A stretch of DNA of 64,000 bases from an uncultured Eubacterium sp. (GTDB lineage Bacteria > Bacillota > Clostridia > Lachnospirales > Lachnospiraceae): contig CAJTLS010000015.1 in assembly GCA_910577295.1 (NCBI GenBank), forward strand, positions 823 through 64,822, given 5' to 3'. The notes under the pieces are model-generated. The model did no database searches, was not told where the DNA came from, and worked only from the letters and a program-made list of their open reading frames with translations. This document shows positions 1-7,268 of the stretch, in pieces. The number at the start of each line of letters is the position of its first letter. The first letter of the stretch is position 1. Made by a program: the position numbers and the translations under genes.

Positions 1-35
1 TAAAAATTATACTGGATTTGTTTTGAAAGGCTTAG

Positions 36-71
36 ATACCCCGTAACAGAATTTTGTTGCGGGGTATTTTT
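36..71 (+). terminator. Rho-independent terminator-like hairpin
   Basis: ATACCCCG(36-43) pairs with CGGGGTAT(60-67) and is followed by a T-run. Confidence 0.45.
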
Positions 72-273
72 AGGACTAATAATCTATAATGATTTACAGT
101 ATATAAATGGTATAAGTTATAAAAAATGGTTGTGTTGTTTTACTATAGTAAAAATGTTATACTTTATGCTACATTTAAATTTTGGGAAAGGAGATTTCTA
201 TAATGTCTTTTGCAGATGATTTAAGAAAAAAACAGAACAGAGTAGTTATGTTTCTCCTCAGCAACAGAATTAT

Positions 274-612
274 ATGAATAAAGAGAGAGAGTTACGAAGT
301 TCTGTAAGAGAAATTAAGGAACGTGGACTTGATGGTATGATTTCAAGAATTAAAGCAGCCTGTGAAGAACAAGCTTCATACGGAAGAAATAATGCTAAAA
401 TTCGTTTTGGTGTAGGTTGGAGTGATGGATATTCTCGTTTGGCATCTGACTTATATTTTTATAAACCGGGTTCATACAAACCAGCAGGTTTGTTTTCAAA
501 AACGATATATGGTTTGTCGGCTAGTACTATATTAGACCAAGAATTAGGTCAATACTTAAAACAATATTTCTATTCTATTGGAATTAATAATATTAGTATA
601 GCTCCCGAATAA
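274..612 (+). CDS. Hypothetical protein; probably the 3' part of a longer gene (203-612) whose frame is broken at an A7 run
   Basis: 112-aa ORF. The strong SD plus ATG is at 203, in another frame. The 274 frame is open back to position 220. Confidence 0.5.
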   Translation: MNKERELRSSVREIKERGLDGMISRIKAACEEQASYGRNNAKIRFGVGWSDGYSRLASDLYFYKPGSYKPAGLFSKTIYGLSASTILDQELGQYLKQYFYSIGINNISIAPE

Positions 613-1247
613 GAATACGATCCATATAGGTCTAAATATTTTCTTACCGTTTATGTATCTTGGTAAGTACATATTATATTTATATTCCCAGTAGGCTAAT
701 ATGAGGAATATGATGAGCAGAATAAAAAGCATGAACGCTTAAAATGTGGTATTGATAGGATGAAATATTTTTTAAAAGTCCCTAAAAATTTTACAGACAG
801 TCTGACTTTGAAATCAGATTGTCTTTTTTTATACTCAATGCTATCTTAATAAAATTCGACGCAATTCCCAATAAATCCCATTTTTTATATTGTATACTAA
901 TTATTATAAGAAAATTTGAGAAACTCTGACATACATAATATTTATAAATGAAAAGAAATGACGATTAAGAAAATAATAAGCAGTTACCTGTTGAAAAAGC
1001 GAAATAATCTACATAAAAGTGCCGTAGCCAGAAAATGGGCTGCGGCACTTTTATTCTCGACATATTTCTTTTATTTTCAAACTATTTCCGCAAAAGAATT
1101 AAAAAAAATACAAGAGGATATATTTATTGTGATGAGAATAGTCCTTTTTTTGTTTCAACAGGGCAGAGATGTTTTGTATAAAAAGGCACGTTCTCCACCC
1201 TCCAATCTGAAATTTCAACAAAAAATTTCAGATTGGAGGAATTTATT

Positions 1248-1727
1248 ATGAACGGAAACCACCCGAAAAGGAGACGGGACAAATACAATCCTTACCATAT
1301 ATATGAACTGGAAGGGCATTATTATATTTCCTTTCAGGACGGGCAAGGTGTTTTGCAAGAATTTGAGATTACTCAAACGCTGTATGAGGCATTTGATGAA
1401 TTTGAATTAAGTGACATATCGTATCTACACAAATGGGACAAGTACATAGAGCACTCAGAGATATGGGAAACCACGTTAAATGAAAGGGCATTTTTACAAT
1501 CGGAAAGTGTAGAGGAAATCGTGCTGAAGAATATTTTAACAGAGGAATTACATAAAGCGATTCAGACGTTATCCCCAGTTCAAAGACGCAGGCTTATTTC
1601 ATATTTCTATGAGGGCATGACTTATGAGCAGATTGCAGAAAAGGAGGGATGTACCAAAATGCCAGTAAAGCGTTCGATTGACGCTGCTATTGGCAGATTG
1701 AAAAAAGAATTAAAAAAATTAAAATAG
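1248..1727 (+). CDS. Sigma-70 family (region 4 HTH) sigma-factor-like protein of a mobile element
   Basis: C-terminal LSPVQRRRLISYFYEGMTYEQIAEKEGCTKMPVKRSIDAAIGRLKK is a sigma-70 region-4 HTH. GGAGGA SD lies 7 nt upstream of the ATG at 1248. Confidence 0.75.
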   Translation: MNGNHPKRRRDKYNPYHIYELEGHYYISFQDGQGVLQEFEITQTLYEAFDEFELSDISYLHKWDKYIEHSEIWETTLNERAFLQSESVEEIVLKNILTEELHKAIQTLSPVQRRRLISYFYEGMTYEQIAEKEGCTKMPVKRSIDAAIGRLKKELKKLK

Positions 1728-1752
1728 TACGGCTACTTTTTTAAGATTTTGT

Positions 1753-1800
1753 GGGAAACAAGTGAGAGGGAGTTTATTCCCCCTCATCTGTTTCCTTTTT
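1753..1800 (+). terminator. Rho-independent terminator after the sigma-like gene
   Basis: GGGAAACAAGTGAGAGGG / CCCCCTCATCTGTTTCC stem followed by TTTTT. Confidence 0.6.
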
Positions 1801-1849
1801 ACATGGAAACAAATTGACCTTTGACAATTTCATAGACCATTCATCAGGC

Positions 1850-2330
1850 ACATTCCTGTTGTTATCGTGATGAGGTAAGCCACGTTAGCAGGTACGCCAT
1901 GAGCCGAAACAGACAAACGCAGCGAAATCCCACTTATACCAGAAAATGATTTGCGGTCTGCCTGCCTGTTTCGGGGAGCGGGAACTACCGGGTTATAACT
2001 GCCAGCTTGCTGCTGGCAGGGCGATAACAGACAGCAGGCATAATGATACTCCTGTCTAGTCATAAAGTCGAGCGTACAATGCGGACTCGATTCTGAAGAA
2101 CACGAAGTGTTCTTTGAAGAGTACATGGTACTCTTTTGAATGTTTCGCATTTATTGGCGTCGCAACAAATGAGGGCAGCTTCGGGTGATCCCCGGAGGGG
2201 TGCGATTCCCGTGGAGCTGGTCAGCAACCAGCCGTCTGATGACTTCCCAGTACAGATTGTACCAGCGTTTGAATAGACGCTGCCGCCGGGGTGTCGGGGA
2301 CAAATAGGCGCTACATACCTGAAAAACAGC
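1850..2330. ncRNA. Candidate large structured RNA, or a hairpin-rich ssDNA origin/oriT; family not recognised
   Basis: No credible ORF on either strand. Several perfect 6-9 bp stems are present (1904-1912/1966-1974, 1999-2019, 2096-2114, 2117-2135, 2216-2232). The segment is visibly more G+C-rich than its flanks. Confidence 0.3.
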
Positions 2331-2334
2331 ATTT

Positions 2335-2343
2335 TGCTATAAA
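2335..2343 (+). promoter_or_regulatory. Extended -10 promoter candidate for mazF
   Basis: TGcTATAAA lies about 50 nt upstream of the mazF ATG, and an AGGAAAGGAG SD follows. Confidence 0.35.
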
Positions 2344-2394
2344 ACAGGTTCATAAAAACAAAAGATTTGCTTTTAGAGGAAAGGAGTGTTTTTT

Positions 2395-2760
2395 ATGGGA
2401 AAAAGACATATACGGCGAGGGGATATTTTTCATGCAGACTTAAATCCCGTTGTAGGTTCAGAGCAGGGTGGTGTCCGACCTGTGCTGATTATTCAGAATG
2501 ATACTGGTAATTATTACAGTCCTACGGTGATTGTGGCAGCTATGTCTGGCAAGATAGAAAGTAAGGCAGACTTGCCAACACATTATAAAGTAGGAACATA
2601 TGCTGGCTTGAAAGAGGAATCTTTGGTTTTGCTGGAACAGATTCGCACGATTGATAAGCGTCGTCTGAATGATTATGTTGGACGATTGGAACAAAAAGAT
2701 ATGGAACAGGTTGACCGCTGTCTTGCAGTAAGCCTAAGTCTTGACTTAAAACATGTGTGA
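2395..2760 (+). CDS. mazF: PemK/MazF family endoribonuclease toxin
   Basis: RGDIFHADLNPVVGSEQGGVRPVLIIQND and TIDKRRL are hallmark PemK/MazF motifs. Size is about 121 aa. Confidence 0.85.
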   Translation: MGKRHIRRGDIFHADLNPVVGSEQGGVRPVLIIQNDTGNYYSPTVIVAAMSGKIESKADLPTHYKVGTYAGLKEESLVLLEQIRTIDKRRLNDYVGRLEQKDMEQVDRCLAVSLSLDLKHV

Positions 2761-2775
2761 AAGGGGTTGAATGAG

Positions 2776-2946
2776 ATGAAGTGTTCAGATATTCCTGTAT
2801 TGACAGAAGAGATCAATGGATGCCTTGTCACTTTGTCATTTTTGCCGGAACCAGCGGATGGTGTTGTAGAAAAAGTGAAATCCATTCTGTCAAATGCTTA
2901 TGATGAACGGGTGCAGCATGATTTGATGAAACTTGCCAGCCTGTAA
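2776..2946 (+). CDS. Small acidic TnpW-like transposon-encoded peptide (56 aa)
   Basis: Translated by hand as MKCSDIPVLTEEINGCLVTLSFLPEPADGVVEKVKSILSNAYDERVQHDLMKLASL. The pattern resembles TnpW peptides (recalled from memory). It lies 15 nt after the mazF stop and upstream of the recombinase. Confidence 0.5.
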   Translation: MKCSDIPVLTEEINGCLVTLSFLPEPADGVVEKVKSILSNAYDERVQHDLMKLASL

Positions 2947-3028
2947 TGTAATTAAAATGGCAAGTCTGGCGGGTATCACTATAAGTATCCTGACATAGTA
3001 CCATAGTGTAAATTCAGGATTCGCACAT

Positions 3029-3057
3029 TTGAGAATGATTGTGTTTCTTCCTATAAT
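3029..3057 (+). promoter_or_regulatory. Sigma-A type promoter upstream of the recombinase
   Basis: TTGAGA (3029-3034), a 17-bp spacer, then TATAAT (3052-3057). Confidence 0.5.
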
Positions 3058-3064
3058 AAAGATG

Positions 3065-3084
3065 ATTACTGGCTAGCCAGTAAT
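3065..3084. promoter_or_regulatory. Perfect 20-bp palindrome (candidate operator or 5' RNA hairpin)
   Basis: ATTACTGGCTAGCCAGTAAT is its own reverse complement. It starts about 8 nt after the TATAAT box. Confidence 0.45.
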
Positions 3085-3144
3085 GCACCTTGACAATTTT
3101 ATAGTGTATCCCGTAGAAATATAAGATTACGGGAGGAATAGCAA

Positions 3145-4758
3145 GTGAAAAGAGTTTACACATTATACAGGGTTTCTACAAAGAAACAAGTAAATAGCAG
3201 TGAGGATCATGCAAATGACATACCTATGCAGAGGGGAGCCTGCCATGATTTCATCAGGAATATGCAGGACTGGAAGATTATAAAAGAGTATGAGGAAAAA
3301 GGCGTATCCGGATTTAAGGTATCGGCAAAGAACCGGGATGCTATCCTTGATTTACAGGAGGCAGCACTAAATAAAGAATTTGACGTGTTGCTTGTATTTA
3401 TGTTTGACCGGATCGGGCGTATTGATGATGAAACCCCTTTTATTGTGGAATGGTTTGTTAAGACAGCAGGCGTAGAGGTCTGGAGTGTCAAAGAGGGGGA
3501 ACAGCGTTTTGAAACCCATGTTGACAAATTGACCAACTACATCCGTTTTTGGCAGGCTTCCGGTGAGAGTGAGAAAACATCTATTCGTATTAAGACCAGA
3601 ATGCAGCAGTTGAGGCTGGATGGTCTTTATACAGGTGGACCACTCCCGTATGGATACCGGACAGTGCCAAGCGGAATAAAAAACCGAAAAGGGCAGGAAC
3701 TGAAGAAATTTGAGATTGACATGGAGCAGTTTGTGGTGTATCGGAAGGTGGTTGAAAAAACAATCCATAGCGGTATTGGAAGTTATGTGATTGCACATGA
3801 ATTAAATGATCAGGGTTACAAAACAGCCAATGGTGGCAAATTTACCTGTATGGCAGTTACGAGGATGCTTTCAGCACCGTTGCCGAGAGGATATACAAAA
3901 GAGGGGGAAACCTCCGAGGCTTTGCAGAGGTTGAAAATTATCAATGAGGAAGAAGCAGAGCGCATTGATGAAATTCTAAAGCAAAGAGCAAATGTTGACG
4001 AGGAAAAACGCAGGATTGCCACAAAGACAAAAGGCGAAGCATTGTTGTCGGGAAATATATTCTGCGCTCATTGTGGCGGGAGGATTACGACCACTCATCA
4101 CAAAGACCATTATTTTCGTAAAGATGGTAGCGAATATTTGAAAGATGAACTGAAATACCGTTGTTATCATAAGGCTAACAAGCTGTGTGAGTGTGACGGA
4201 CAAACTAATTATATCGCTGCCAAAGTGGATGAAGCGGTCTGTCAGATTATGCGTCAGTTATTTGCTAATATGGCAGGTGCGCCGGAAAAAGAAAAGTATA
4301 AGGAAATCTTAAAAAGACAGCAGGCGGCACATAATGCGGGCAGGCGTAAAATCAGTCTGGCATTAGACAAAAATAGGAAACAGTTGGAGGTATTGCAGGA
4401 GGAAATCGGGAAAACGCTGTTGGGAGAAAGCCTTTATACGCCGGAAGACTTGAAAGAGGCAATTAACACGATCAAGACGAGGATTACTGAAGGCGAAGAA
4501 CAGTTGCAGAAACTGGATCATGATATGCTTCAGGAAAAAGAAATGACAGAAGCAGTCCTGCCAGCCTATAAACGGTTCAAGAGTTGGGCAGAGGAATTCG
4601 ACACCGCAAGTAAAGAGCAGAAGAAAATGATAGCTTGCCAGTTATTTGAACGTATCGAATTAGGGAAAGGCTATAAACTTACTTTGCAGATGAATATTAC
4701 TTACAAACAGTTCTGTTCTGAGTATGTTACGGTAAAAGAAATTCAGGGTATTGCCTGA
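3145..4758 (+). CDS. Large serine recombinase (resolvase/invertase N-terminal domain, recombinase domain, zinc ribbon, coiled coil)
   Basis: N-terminal YRVSTKKQ carries the catalytic Ser motif. Also present are DVLLVFMFDRIGR, the CAHCGG...C..C zinc ribbon and a long coiled-coil tail. GTG start with an SD. Confidence 0.9.
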   Translation: MKRVYTLYRVSTKKQVNSSEDHANDIPMQRGACHDFIRNMQDWKIIKEYEEKGVSGFKVSAKNRDAILDLQEAALNKEFDVLLVFMFDRIGRIDDETPFIVEWFVKTAGVEVWSVKEGEQRFETHVDKLTNYIRFWQASGESEKTSIRIKTRMQQLRLDGLYTGGPLPYGYRTVPSGIKNRKGQELKKFEIDMEQFVVYRKVVEKTIHSGIGSYVIAHELNDQGYKTANGGKFTCMAVTRMLSAPLPRGYTKEGETSEALQRLKIINEEEAERIDEILKQRANVDEEKRRIATKTKGEALLSGNIFCAHCGGRITTTHHKDHYFRKDGSEYLKDELKYRCYHKANKLCECDGQTNYIAAKVDEAVCQIMRQLFANMAGAPEKEKYKEILKRQQAAHNAGRRKISLALDKNRKQLEVLQEEIGKTLLGESLYTPEDLKEAINTIKTRITEGEEQLQKLDHDMLQEKEMTEAVLPAYKRFKSWAEEFDTASKEQKKMIACQLFERIELGKGYKLTLQMNITYKQFCSEYVTVKEIQGIA

Positions 4759-4920
4759 TAGAAAAAGGACATGTTACTGGTATGACTGAGCTTTTCACTG
4801 AGCTATTGGGTGAATGTTTTATGTATAGAATATTGAAAATGCGAAAGAAGTGCTTGCAATCTGTATTTCAATATGATAATATAAGTTCTGGTATTGAATA
4901 ATTGATAACCAGAAATAAAG

Positions 4921-5007
4921 TCCCCATCTTTCGGTGTGTATTCACACCAATGGTAGAGCCCACGGCTGTTAACCGTGTTGTTGTAGGTTCGAGTCCTACT
5001 CGGGGAG
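4921..5007 (+). pseudogene. tRNA-Asn(GTT)-derived sequence lacking a canonical D arm and 5' acceptor strand (probable att junction)
   Basis: Anticodon arm CACGG-CTGTTAA-CCGTG (anticodon at 4968-4970), T arm GTAGG-TTCGAGT-CCTAC and acceptor 3' strand TCGGGGA are intact. The upstream part does not fold as a D arm. Confidence 0.55.
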
Positions 5008-5009
5008 CT

Positions 5010-5061
5010 AAAAAATCCTGTAAACAAAGTAATGTATATTTCTTTGTTTACAGGATTTTTT
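5010..5061. terminator. Bidirectional terminator hairpin
   Basis: AAAAAATCCTGTAAACAAAG / CTTTGTTTACAGGATTTTTT forms a 20-bp perfect stem flanked by A/T runs. Confidence 0.7.
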
Positions 5062-5118
5062 ATTAAATACGCATTTTGAGAGAGAAAAGAAGGTGTTTTG
5101 ATAAAAATCTTTAGATAA

Positions 5119-5422
5119 ATGGATAGTTATACAATTAACAAGAATTATGTTGATAGATATACGCCTACAGTAACAAGTGAATTAGGATATTGTTATTGTA
5201 ATATTAATGGTGCACAAGGACAAGGGGCCTTATGGACTATGTTGGGCTGCCACGGTGGCTACAATTGGAAATTACAGAAAGGGAACAAACAATACAGCTA
5301 AAGAACTTGCCAATGCGATGAGGATTGGATATAATGATGGTGGCAAGGATGAGGATGATAGTGGGTTGTCCGTCATCCAATTTTGTGTTTTCGACTGCTT
5401 CAGACAATTTTACCTGAGGTAA
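5119..5422 (+). pseudogene. Frameshifted, truncated papain-like cysteine peptidase remnant
   Basis: Two overlapping frames read ...NGAQGQG and then PYGLCWAATVATIGNY, i.e. the Gln...Cys-Trp active-site pattern. The total length is too short for an enzyme. Confidence 0.4.
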
Positions 5423-5475
5423 GACAACACTTTTGCGCCTTGCATCATATAAATAGAAAAGGGAGGTTGGTTATA

Positions 5476-6123
5476 TTGAAAAATAGAAAGTTTGTAATCT
5501 CGCTTATGCTGTTGCTTTGTTTGTTTATGCAGTTTCCGTGTGCAGCGAAAGAAAAAGTTAGGTTAAATCACAAAAAATTGATTTTGAAAGTTGGGCAGAT
5601 AAAAAAAATCAAATTAAAAAATGCAAAAAAGGTTAAGTGGAGTAGTACCAACAAAAGAATTGCAAAAGTGGACAAGAAAGGGAGGATAACAGCAGAAAAA
5701 GTAGGAAATGTTGTAATAACGGCAAAAAGCGGTCGAAAAAGATATCGATGCAAGGTTAAGGTAACAATGAATACGAGAACATATAAGTCACATCAACTTG
5801 TAGTTAATAACGGTATTTTTACGCTAAAAACATACAAAAAAATCCGCAGTATAATACTATATGATGCGAGCGGCTCTCCTATGTATACTGTTACGTCTCC
5901 AAATGGGATTTATCGTATTTTTTTACTTTTGTCAGAACGAAAACTCATTCAGAATGGGGAGATATTTGATGGAGGACGTTCTATCTGTCTGAAATATTTT
6001 GATGGAAAAAGTTACAAATTTACAATAGGCAGAGATTTAATAGTTGGGGGAAAGGTCTATTCTATGGATAAACAAGTGGTAAATAGTGTTGTATCGATGA
6101 TAAAAAAATATAACAATCAATGA
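5476..6123 (+). CDS. Secreted protein with a lysine-rich Big_2 (bacterial Ig-like) domain
   Basis: TTG start after a GGGAGG SD. Signal peptide LKNRKFVISLMLLLCLFMQFPCAA. KVKWSSTNKRIAKVDKKGRITAEKVGNVVITAK is Big_2-like. Confidence 0.6.
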   Translation: MKNRKFVISLMLLLCLFMQFPCAAKEKVRLNHKKLILKVGQIKKIKLKNAKKVKWSSTNKRIAKVDKKGRITAEKVGNVVITAKSGRKRYRCKVKVTMNTRTYKSHQLVVNNGIFTLKTYKKIRSIILYDASGSPMYTVTSPNGIYRIFLLLSERKLIQNGEIFDGGRSICLKYFDGKSYKFTIGRDLIVGGKVYSMDKQVVNSVVSMIKKYNNQ

Positions 6124-6306
6124 AGGATAAGAGATGGAAATGGGGCTATCTTTCCTAATACTGATAAGGGGAAAGCAAAATGGTTTACTACTGAACTTTA
6201 AAATAACGGAACTGTTATTCCAAGTTTTGAGATAAAGTGGTTTTTTGTAACTTTTATGACAGTTCAGTTTTTTGAGTACCTCGTCCAAGCTATTAGTATA
6301 ATCCAA

Positions 6307-7155
6307 TCACAATCCAAAGTGTTCTGTGCGGTATCGCCCCGGTGAAATCCCCGCCTTTTTAGTAAAGCTGCGTATAAAATTGGCATAGTCATTAAATCCG
6401 GCGGTTGTGCAGGCGTTGGATACACTCATTCCCTCTTGCAGCGCCGATTTGGCAGCTTCAATTTTTTTGTCAAAAATATATTCACGAAGAGTCAGGCCTG
6501 TGTGAATTTTAAATTGTTTGCTCAGGTAATTACTACTATAATTAAGTTTTTCCGCAATATCCGAAAGAGTTATTGTATCTGTTAAATGAGCTTCTATATA
6601 TCGCATTGTCTGGATAACAATTTCCGGCATAATATTATTAAATTTTTCACCCTTGCAGGAAAGAAAACACTGATTTATCAAAACAAGAAGTCTTATAATA
6701 CACGTAGTGGCAAGTAAATCCTTTCCCCATACATCACGTTGCTGGTAGCGCAAAAAATCATCTGTATAAGTGACAAACTTTGTCAGTCTGGAGGGGGAAA
6801 TTTGAGTAATTAGGGAAGTATTTGAAGAAGCAGGATGAAAACATGTCAGGAGATTTGACTGATCGGAAGAGAGAGCATTCAGGCATTCGCCGTTAATATT
6901 GATAACGATACGCTCATATGGTGAGTTATCTAAAACAAGGCAGCGGTGGAGTTCATTTGGGCGAACTAAGACAAGCGTTCCCGGTGTAGGGATAAAGCAG
7001 TGCTGTTCTACATACATTTTCAGATTTCCTTTTATATACAGATAGATTTCATAGCTGTCTTCATGTCTGTGATAGGGAGGATTTGCTCCCGTAACAAAAT
7101 CAGCGAAAGTTCTGTGAAAGCATCCGATATTATTAATTAAATTAATGTCAATCAT
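6307..7155 (-). CDS. AraC family transcriptional regulator (cupin sensor domain plus HTH)
   Basis: The C-terminal ITLSDIAEKLNYSSNYLSKQFK...GFNDYANFIRSFTKKAGISPGRYR is an AraC HTH pair. The gene is divergent from the GH115 gene. Confidence 0.85.
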   Translation of the reverse strand: MIDINLINNIGCFHRTFADFVTGANPPYHRHEDSYEIYLYIKGNLKMYVEQHCFIPTPGTLVLVRPNELHRCLVLDNSPYERIVININGECLNALSSDQSNLLTCFHPASSNTSLITQISPSRLTKFVTYTDDFLRYQQRDVWGKDLLATTCIIRLLVLINQCFLSCKGEKFNNIMPEIVIQTMRYIEAHLTDTITLSDIAEKLNYSSNYLSKQFKIHTGLTLREYIFDKKIEAAKSALQEGMSVSNACTTAGFNDYANFIRSFTKKAGISPGRYRTEHFGL

Positions 7156-7268
7156 AAATCTGACTCCTTTATTGTCATCTGACGCAATATTTTGTATTGA
7201 ATATGCAAAGATTATATCATGAAATTATTGTACAATACAAATATAAATTTGAAAGGAGGACGATTTCT

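Larger units (their letters stand above)
1..4950. mobile_element. Right-hand portion of an integrated element (sigma-like protein, MazF toxin, TnpW-like peptide, large serine recombinase); the left end lies outside the window
   Basis: The gene set is typical of Clostridial serine-recombinase elements. The recombinase is the last gene before a truncated tRNA-Asn at 4921-5007. Confidence 0.6.

Noticed and set aside
553-732. 59-aa minus-strand ORF with a hydrophobic N-terminus (MLFILLIIFLILAYW...), considered as a holin or type I toxin
   Set aside because: It has no SD and overlaps the 3' end of the plus-strand gene. The AT-rich composition readily generates Leu/Ile/Phe-rich frames.
958-1251. 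97-aa ORF upstream of the sigma-like gene
   Set aside because: It spans an AT-rich intergenic region including a terminator-like hairpin (1017-1053), has no SD and translates implausibly. It also overlaps the real start of the sigma-like gene.
1830-2353. Two overlapping minus-strand ORFs (106 and 97 aa); also tested the segment as RNase P RNA, tmRNA, a group II intron or a T-box
   Set aside because: The translations are Cys/Ser/Arg/Pro-rich and overlap each other in different frames. By eye I found no GAGGAAAGTCC-type RNase P motif, no tmRNA tag or 3' end, no domain V-like GAGCCGTAT...ACGGTTC, and no T-box sequence. The segment is kept only as an unclassified structured-RNA/origin candidate.
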